Origin: Phyllosticta citribraziliensis
Taxonomy: Eukaryota
Assembly: GCF_038025025.1 (NCBI RefSeq)
Contig: NW_027117354.1
Location: forward strand, 1-64,000
DNA length: 64,000 nucleotides
Direction of reading: 5' to 3'
This document shows positions 56,467 to 64,000 of the stretch, piece after piece. The notes under the pieces are model-generated. The model was given only the letters and a program-made list of their open reading frames with translations, did no database searches and had not been told where the DNA came from. The number at the start of each line of letters is the position of its first letter. The stretch's first letter is position 1. The position numbers were made by a program, and so were the translations under genes.

Positions 56467-57428
56467 TGTTGACAGCAATTGGCCTGGCAAATGACCTCAA
56501 GTGTCGTGGTGAATGATGGTCGCTTTCCCAATCTCTTTCATTTGTTTCCGTCGTGGTGTTCAAGACAGTGTCGACCTGTCCAACTTTTGTCTTTCCCAGC
56601 TCTTTTGTTTGGCTCCACGCACGAAGGAAGCAAAACTCGAATTATCCCGAGAGCAGGCCCAGGGAGGCAAGGAAGAGGGAGTAGAGATGGCACAAGGCCA
56701 CAGAGGGCCAGGAATCCAAGGTATATTTTCCATGGTTGACGACGATCCGCGCCACTTGCGGAAGGGCGCAGAACGGTGTCACTCGCTGTAGGGCGTAGGA
56801 CGGTGCACGGCGAGGCGTGATCGAATCAAACATGAGGAGAGTGAGAGCAAGTGCCGAATACCCGCTGTCCGCATGCAAAAGTGGCGGGGGTAATAAGCAC
56901 GGCTAGGCACTTTCTTTATCAATGCTGCTGACCCCAGTCCTCGCTCCGTTCCTAGCTCATCGTCAAACGTAGATTTTGGGAGACCAGCGTGGTGGTGCGT
57001 AGTAGCGTTCCTGGCTGACGTCGTCTCGTCCCATCGTGCCCATCGCGAGTTCTTCGCCATGGCAGCGACAGTCTCCTCGGCAGTTGCACGGAGCACGATT
57101 GAATGCCGAATCTTTGAAAAACCAACGTGTCTGACCCACATTCTTTCGGAGACCGTTATTCTGCCACTTGCCTCGGCATGCAGGACGCGAGGGAGTGCCG
57201 TTATGTAAGCCTTCGGCGGCTAGGGCGTGGAGCCGCAAGTTGTACGCCACAGATGGCGCCACAGCATGACCTCGACACGAGCATGCGACATCGGCGTCCA
57301 GCATGAGTCGAATCCTGGCGTCCAAACGCCGTCATACATCTGCCATCACCCGTCATCTTCTCTAATCATTCGTCGACGACTCAAGACAGGTCACCACCAG
57401 ACAAAAGTCCTGATAGGCATCTCGCGCC

Positions 57429-58387
57429 ATGACCGACGCTTCCACCGCCGACCGTCCTACCGACGCCCGCGAGCGCCTCTTGTCGCACTTTGGCTCGACC
57501 GAACCCAAGGACAGTTCGTCCCAAGGCGCCAAATGGGACCAGCTGTGGTGCGACGGCTCCTTCTTGCCGTGGGATAAGGGCTTGCCAAACCCCGCTCTGC
57601 GCGACCTGCTCCAAAACAACCTGCCTGATGATGTGCTCCGCCCGGACGACCCTCCGCTTCTCCCGGATCCAGTCGTGGATGGAAAAAGACGCCGCGCGCT
57701 GGTTCCGGGCTGCGGAAAGGGATATGACGTCCATTTGCTCGCATCCGCTGGGTATGAGGCGTGGGGACTCGAGATTAGCCCTGCGGCTATCGAAGCAGCG
57801 AAACAATGGGCAAAGGAAGCAGAGGAGCGAGGACTGAAAGATGGATACGAGACGTTGAATGAGAAATGGGGCGGAGGGTCAGCAAACTTTGTGTGCGGAG
57901 ACTTTTTCAAAGACGATTGGCTCCAAAAGATAGGTGTAGAAGGCGGGTTTGACATAATCTATGATTATACCGTACGTGCTTCGTGGAAGTGGTCTGTGAT
58001 TTGGATGGCTGATGAATGCAGTTCTTGTCTGCGCTTCCACCGGCGCTTCGCTCCGCTTGGGCGCTGCAAATGTCGAAACTCCTTTCTCGCGATCCGCAAG
58101 CCGCACTTGTCTGTGTCGAATTCCCAACCTACAAGCCTCCCTCCACCGGTGGCCCTCCGTTCGGATTGCCATCCAAGGTTTATGAACAGCATCTGAGTCG
58201 TCCTGGAGATGAGGTAAAATACGACGACGAAGGACACGTCGTCGAAGAGACGGATCAATTCGGCTCGTTTATCATTCCCAAAACAAACAGTATAGGGTTG
58301 TATCGAGATGCGCACTATGCGCCCCTGAACACCCACGAGATTGGTAAGGGAACGGACAAGGTCAGCATTTGGAGGCACCCTTCGTAG
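57429..58387 (+). CDS. SAM-dependent thiol/halide methyltransferase (TPMT family); exons 57429-57971 and 58022-58387
   Basis: KWDQLW...LPWDKGLPNPAL, RALVPGCGKGYDV, GLEIS, GDFF, FDIIYDYT|FLSALPP...W and EFPTYK...GGPPFGL. Confidence 0.92.
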
Positions 58388-58421
58388 GGAGGCGTGAAGC
58401 AGCGGTTTGTGGTCTGGAATC

Positions 58422-59381
58422 TTAGACAAATTTCCTGAGCGAGTTGTAGTGTTCTCCCAGGCCAAACCCGTGCTTGTAATATGCCAGCCATAATTCCTTC
58501 TCTTCACGCGCCTGACCTTCCTCTCCAGGCTCAATGGTGTCCACCCTGCCGTCAGCATGGAGAATCTTGATGTTGACGCCATAGGTCCTCGCAAGAGCAA
58601 TGAGTTCCATATGGCCACCCCATTCACCTGTGTCGCGAACCTTGACGACGTACTCGTCCAGTGGTTCTTCAAGGAATGGGATGAAGTCGTCAGAGTGACT
58701 GGAAATCCAATCTGCCGCGGCGCTCCGGACAACCTTGTAGCCCTCTGGTTTCTTGTCGCCCTGATCAATGACTGTGGGTTCTATCCGTGGCTTCAGGTCG
58801 AGGCCTTGACTGGCCATTTGGTCCGCTATTGCGCTGTACAGACAGTGACCATCTGCGCGAATGACTTGCTCCTTCAGACCAAGCTTCTTGAATTGTGCAA
58901 GCAGCGATTCGCGCTCCTTCTTCCGCAGATCGGGCATGGACTGGGCCTCTGCCGCCGCTTCAGCAGCGATGGCTTCTTGTTCCGCAGCGCGACGTGCCAG
59001 ACGTGCCTTTTGCCGATTTCCCTTACGTTTCGGCCCTTGATCTTGTGTGTCTGGGGTCGCTGCGCCGTCGCTGGCGGGTGGGGTATTGGAATTAGAAGAT
59101 ATCGATAGGTTCTGTGTAGCAGCTGCGAGTCCATCGTTTTGCTCTGCCGCATCTTCAGGCTCTGGTACATCCGTCGAGTCTACGGCATCGGAAGCCTCCC
59201 CAGCGACCCCTTGAAGCTCTGCAATCTCCTGTTCTTGTCGCTCCTTGAGCTCCACTTCCAGTCTTGCGCATTCGTCGTTGACGCCTTTGCGGGTCTTTTT
59301 CGTGGCAGCCTTTTTCTTTTGGGTCACGCGAGACTGGAGGTCGCGCAGCTCCTTGCGATGTCTTGCTTGAAGTTCGTCCAT
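58422..59381 (-). CDS. otu2: OTU-domain deubiquitinase (Otu2/OTUD6-like), intronless
   Basis: RHRKELRDLQSRVTQKKK N-terminus; catalytic DGHCLYSAI, EWGGHMEL and GLGEHYNSL. Confidence 0.93.
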   Translation of the reverse strand: MDELQARHRKELRDLQSRVTQKKKAATKKTRKGVNDECARLEVELKERQEQEIAELQGVAGEASDAVDSTDVPEPEDAAEQNDGLAAATQNLSISSNSNTPPASDGAATPDTQDQGPKRKGNRQKARLARRAAEQEAIAAEAAAEAQSMPDLRKKERESLLAQFKKLGLKEQVIRADGHCLYSAIADQMASQGLDLKPRIEPTVIDQGDKKPEGYKVVRSAAADWISSHSDDFIPFLEEPLDEYVVKVRDTGEWGGHMELIALARTYGVNIKILHADGRVDTIEPGEEGQAREEKELWLAYYKHGFGLGEHYNSLRKFV

Positions 59382-59489
59382 GGCTAGATGTTGAAGATGT
59401 AAAGGTAGAGTCTGGGCTTGAAGAAAGCGTCAAGGTGGAAGGTTCAGCCACAAGCCACATGGACAAGCCACAGTCGAGCCGCCCCGCAG

Positions 59490-59534
59490 CCTCGGGGATT
59501 TCCCAATTGGGACAGGCACCACCGGGAGCCTCGG
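59490..59534. promoter_or_regulatory. Two CCTCGG (FarA/FarB-type) motifs in the 229-nt otu2/SDR divergent spacer
   Basis: CCTCGG at 59490 and 59529, 80-120 nt upstream of the SDR ATG. Confidence 0.55.
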
Positions 59535-59610
59535 TCAACTTCCCCAGATTAATATACTCCACTAGATAAAGAAGTCGAGCATCACTCTCCATCTTCACAG
59601 CTTCTTCAAA

Positions 59611-60500
59611 ATGGATTCTTCAAGTCTTTTTGATGTCAAGGTAGAAGATATCTACATGTCCAAGACAAAGCTAACACGAACAAGGGCAAAGTGGTCCTCG
59701 TCACCGGCGGAGCCAAAGGCATTGGCCGCATGATATCCGAGGGCTATGTCACCAACGGGGCCAAGGTGTACATCTCCTCTAGAGACGCCAAAGCATGCGA
59801 TGCTGCCGTTGCAGAGCTGAACGAGGCTGGTTCGAAGAGTGGCGGCTCGGCTCATGCCATCCCCGCCGACTTTTACAAAGAAAGCGAGTGCAAGAGGCTG
59901 GCCGAAGAGCTCGGCAAGAGAGAAAAGAAGCTCCACGTTCTTGTCAACAACTCTGGATCCAATTGGGGCGCCCCTTATGAGCAGTATCCCGATTCGGCCT
60001 GGACCAGAGTCTTGACCTTGAATCTTCAACGCGTGTTTACCATTACGCAATTGGTCACTCCTCTTTTGGAGGCTGCAGCAGTCGAGGGTGATCCAGCTCG
60101 CATCATCAACATCGGCTCCATCGATGGGCTCAAGGTTCCCGCTCTGGAAACCTTTGCGTACTCTAGCAGCAAGGCCGGTCTCCACCATCTTAGCCGAGTG
60201 CTCGCACATCACTTGGGACAGAGGAACATCACGTATGTCGGCCGAGACTTGCCATGAATGCGTCGACTAACCAAATACAGATCAAACACTCTTGCATGTG
60301 GACCTTTTGAATCCAAGATGATGGCTGCTACTCTGAAGAAGTTCAAGGACGAAATTGAAAACTCCATCCCACTTCACCGCATCGGGAAGCCGGAAGACGT
60401 TGCTGGCGCCTGTCTCTTCTTGTCCAGCAAGGCCGGGAGCTACGTCAATGGTGCAACTATCTCATTGGACGGCGGTAGTACTATTAAGGCGAAGATGTAG
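59611..60500 (+). CDS. Short-chain dehydrogenase/reductase (RhlG/3-oxoacyl reductase-like) with C-terminal PTS1-like -AKM; exons 59611-59640, 59685-60232, 60281-60500
   Basis: MDSSSLFDVK|GKVVLVTGGAKGIG, LVNNSG, IINIGSIDG, AYSSSKAG (YxxxK), GPFESKM and GSYVNGATISLDGG; ends KAKM*. Confidence 0.94.
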
Positions 60501-61108
60501 CGGCTTTCCCCTCTTTAATTTTGGTCATTTCGGAAATGTACGTTCTGCATGAACTGCAGGAGTAGTCATGAAATTTGGATTATATTGGGAGCCTTTATGA
60601 GATTCGTCCGACATTTGAGAATGAAGCCGGGACGAAAGTTGGAGAACCAAGGCTATACGACAAGTACATGTGGTCAAAGGGGAAAACATTGCGATTGCGG
60701 GGAGAATTGGCTCACCGACAAGAAAGCGCCACCTACACAGCGAGCCTCTGTAGATCTTATTGGAATTAATGCAGACGGCCCATTGGCAAACTTTCCGCGG
60801 AAATGGTCCGAGGACACGGGAAGTGAAAGCTAAGACCCTGACAAGCAGCGCCAGCTGTGCATTAGGTAAATACATTTAAGAATTAGCAGAGGACGAAGGA
60901 ATTAAGAGTCTCAACCCCGCTCTAATAGCGGACAAACAGCACGGAGAATTTGCGGACGACCCGAGTCGGTGCTAGAAAAGACGTCGTATGAAGTCGGCCG
61001 AGACCCCGCTTAAGTAGACCAACGGCCCCCTCGGATATCGTTCGATCATCCAACATTTCCTTTCCAATTCAACACAAAAACAATTGAAACCAAAAACTTC
61101 TTGTCAAC

Positions 61109-61765
61109 ATGACGGTCAACGGTGGATGCGCCTGCGGCAACATCAAGTACTCGTTTGAAGGCGATCCGAACGCCGTGGTAAGCACCCAATCCCCGCATGA
61201 GCAGCATTCGGGACGGACCGCCACGATCCAAGCAGCCATCCAGCGCACCGGTGGCTGCTTATCTGACGGAACGGGCCTTGCTCGCCTGCAGCACGCCAGG
61301 CAGCCAAAAGAAGCGTATCACTAATCAATCCGTGCTCTTTCTGGCATCGCAGGCCCTCTGCCACTGCAACGCGTGTCGCCGCAGCAGCAACAGCATGTAC
61401 AGCTTCAACCTGATGATCCCGGAAGACTCGTTCAAGCTGGTGTCCGGGTCGCCCAAGTCGTGGACGCGCATCGGCGAGAGTGGCGGCAAGGTGACCAACA
61501 ACTTTTGCACCGAGTGCGGCTCTCTCGTCTTCGTCAAGGGCGATATGCTGGTAATGCTATAACTTTCGAGGTCAATTTTGTAGAAGACCTAACTAATGTG
61601 ATTCTTTAGGCTGGTGTTACGCTTGTGAAGGGCGGGTCCCTCGACGATCTGTCCCTCGTCGAGAAGAATGAGAAGTACAGGCCTGGCGTCGAGCTGTACT
61701 CCAAGTGCAAGTTTTCTTGGCTTCCCGACATGCCTGGCGCCCACAAGGTCGAGACCATGTCGTGA
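61109..61765 (+). CDS. GFA/CENP-V (Mss4-like, Zn-binding) family protein; exons 61109-61177, 61353-61550, 61610-61765
   Basis: GGCACGNIKY, ALCHCNACRR, NFCTECGS, VKGGSLDD and ELYSKCKFSWLP. Confidence 0.92.
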
Positions 61766-61935
61766 GTGGATGGTTGGGTTGGTGGGAAGCTGCCAATTTA
61801 TGTGCGCTGCTTAGCAAGACATCAAGGTGCTGCACTGGCCGCCTTATGCAGTCACAGTCGGGTAGCAGCATTTCAATGATTTTGAGCTTTGCTACATGGT
61901 TGCTGCATATGTGACAAGGGTATCATGCTTCTTGA

Positions 61936-64000
61936 TTAGCTGACCTGCCCGCTCACCTCGTCAGTGATAATGCGCGGCCCCATGCTCTCCATCTTCTCAA
62001 TGACTTCCACGCTGGTACTCAAGTTGGTTGCCCCACTCAGTGCCCGCGCAATGCTCGTCTCATTCTTTTCCCGGACCAATCTCCTGAATGCGTTGATCAG
62101 GAACCCCGAGAAAATGTCGATCGACCAGTCGTCTGGAATCATGCCCAATACCTGCTGCACATCAAACCAGCCGCCAAAGCGCTCGAGCAGCTCGCCTGTC
62201 CGCTCAATCCGATCCGAAATGTCTTCGATGCGCAAGAACTCGTGGAGCAGGTAGCCAAAGAGACGTGCTTGCTCCTCATGTGATGGAAGTGCAGATGTCG
62301 GGACACTGCCGGTGGTTGGGCGGTAAATCGAAGACCCACCCAACAGGCAGTAGCTGATGGCCGTGTCAAAGTCTCCAAGTCCGTGTGTGAGTAGACGGAT
62401 GGCGTGTTCGTGGCGGCCCTGGCGTCCATTCAGGATGATCATTTCAGGAACCAGTTCACGCTCAAAAGGTGTGAGCCGTGCGAGGATGGCGTCCACTTTG
62501 TACGATGACGCGGCATCCTGACCGGTGCCGAGCAGTTGGAGCAACCTCAAACGGCTGTGCCACCACTCGGCGTCGAAGGAGTTTTCGGTGATGAATTGGC
62601 GGTAAGTGGGTTTGGGTGCTCGGAGCGCACGATATGTTTCGTACGTCTGCAGCAGCGTGTCTTTCGCTTCTTGTGACGTTTCGAGCTTGTCTACAACAAT
62701 GTCGAGGTAGAAAGATATGAGGTGGTTGGCATATTGCGTTTGCTATTAAGTCAGTATTGATTCATGTGTCGTTGATATCTCCTTACCTTTTTGCCATAGA
62801 CGAGATACTCCAGATACTCTTTGACTGCACCTGGTGCCTTTGACTTGAGCAGGTCCACGGCTTCATCGTAGCGGAATTTGACTCTGCTATTCTCGTCCGC
62901 AAAGACTTGAACGCCTAACTTGGGATTGCGATTGGCCAGCCAAGTACCATACTCTTCAACGATTGGTCGATCTCGGATTCTTCCCAAGTACTTGCGAAAT
63001 TCCGACTCTGCATCGGGGAAATCGTCGCCCTTGTTCGTGCCCGAGTCGATGATGCGTCTCCAAGTTTCGAGAACGTTGGCAGCCTGCTTGCGGCTTTGAT
63101 ATAAGCGGCTGAGGACGTAGAGACGGTTATACTGCTCCAAAAGTTCAACGGCTCGATCCCAACAGTCAACCCCATTGTCGACGAGGGCGTTGAGCTCGGC
63201 GCGCAGAGATCCAGGAGTCGCAGGACCAGGAGGACTGCATGTATCGAGAAGCAGTAGGAGATGGAGCAGGGCAGCATCCACGGTGAAGAATACCTCTTTT
63301 TCGTCGGCAACACTTCCGAAGCCCTTTTTCCGCCGCCACCGCAGCAAATAGCGCTTGACCAACAGGAACAGGGTGTTTGCAAGTGGGCCAGTAGGGTCCA
63401 AGGACATGTCCGCGAGGTTCTCCTGCAGGAGGAAACCCTCGACTACTTCTTGGATGCCTCCTTGTATCCAAATACCCCTTGGTCCTTGCAAGACCTCGTC
63501 CCTGAGTAGTGGCAACAAAGCCAAGACGATGCGGGGATCTACTTCACCCTGTTGCAATGCTTCTTCCGTCTTGCTTCGGTTCACATCATCAATGGCGATG
63601 CCAAACTTTGTCTGGATGATGAGATCCATGAAGAGTAGCAGAGAAGCCTTTTGACGGATGTAGGTGAATCCAAGATAATCTGCCTCGGTGCGCGGCTCTA
63701 GGCCTCGAATGCTGTTCAACAAATAGTCGACAATCTGGCGTCTTGGACTGATGATGGTGCTCCCTGGCGTGGAATTTTGCGCCAAAGTGAGTTTCGCATC
63801 GAGTTGAGCGATGAGTGGGTTCCTGACAATCCACCAAACCTCGTAGTCATTCCACAGCATGTTGCGCGACCGAAATCGACACAGGCTGCTCGTGAATGCA
63901 CGCTCGTCTTTTTCCCTAGCAGTCTCGGCGTCCTTGTTATTCTGGCCGCTCTGAGAGTCTCTCGTTTTCAAATGCAATCGCCGGAGCGAAAGCATATCGC
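61936..64000 (-). CDS. Vps3/Vps39 (TGFBRAP1-like) vacuolar tethering subunit, 5'-partial; exons >64000-62787 and 62742-61936
   Basis: Long helical ORF with RRKKGFGSVADE, RLYVLSRLYQSRK, EYLEYLV, ELVPEMIILNGRQGRHEHAIRLLTHGLGDFDTAISYC and VLGMIPDDWS; intron at 62786-62743. Confidence 0.85.

Noticed and set aside
2387..58387. Kelch (nitrile-specifier-like) + Dug2 + thiol methyltransferase as a glucosinolate/isothiocyanate detox cluster
   Set aside because: The genes are 20-55 kb apart and separated by housekeeping genes; kelch similarity alone does not imply specifier activity.

Overview
Eukaryotic genomic DNA from a filamentous ascomycete (Pezizomycotina). This rests on short GT-AG introns of about 44-66 nt with CTRAC/CTAAY branch sites, a RIP-mutated repeat and fungal gene families; a black-yeast/Eurotiomycete origin is only a guess. 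Bases 1-~1962 are a heavily RIP-mutated Tad1-type LINE relic; its RT C-terminus, RNase H, C-terminal His/Cys motif, 3' hairpin and (AATC)n tail can be read after reversing C>T/G>A changes. The rest is gene-dense euchromatin with about 23 protein-coding genes, whose exons I reconstructed by hand. In order: kelch protein, secreted GMC oxidoreductase, phytase, APC permease, auxin-efflux-carrier family transporter, Pbs2 MAPKK, Dug2, conserved hypothetical, Tim17, coiled-coil orphan, divergent kinase, FLC/TRP-like channel, Has1, DUF1365, isocitrate lyase, a DHA1 MFS transporter, a large mitochondrial-type orphan with a degenerate pterin-carbinolamine-dehydratase fold, a second DHA1 MFS transporter, thiol/halide methyltransferase, Otu2, a PTS1-bearing SDR, a GFA protein and a partial Vps3/Vps39-like gene. 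I found no tRNA, rRNA, snRNA, CRISPR or secondary-metabolite backbone gene, and I cannot demonstrate a clear-cut new biological system. The best leads are: (1) the pseudo-PCD mitochondrial orphan; (2) a stretch at 45-61 kb whose promoters repeatedly carry the FarA/FarB motif CCTCGG; (3) GC-saturated gene 3' ends, several of them next to microsatellite mosaics; (4) a probable GC-AG intron and two micro-exons. All family assignments come from motif recognition, not database searches.
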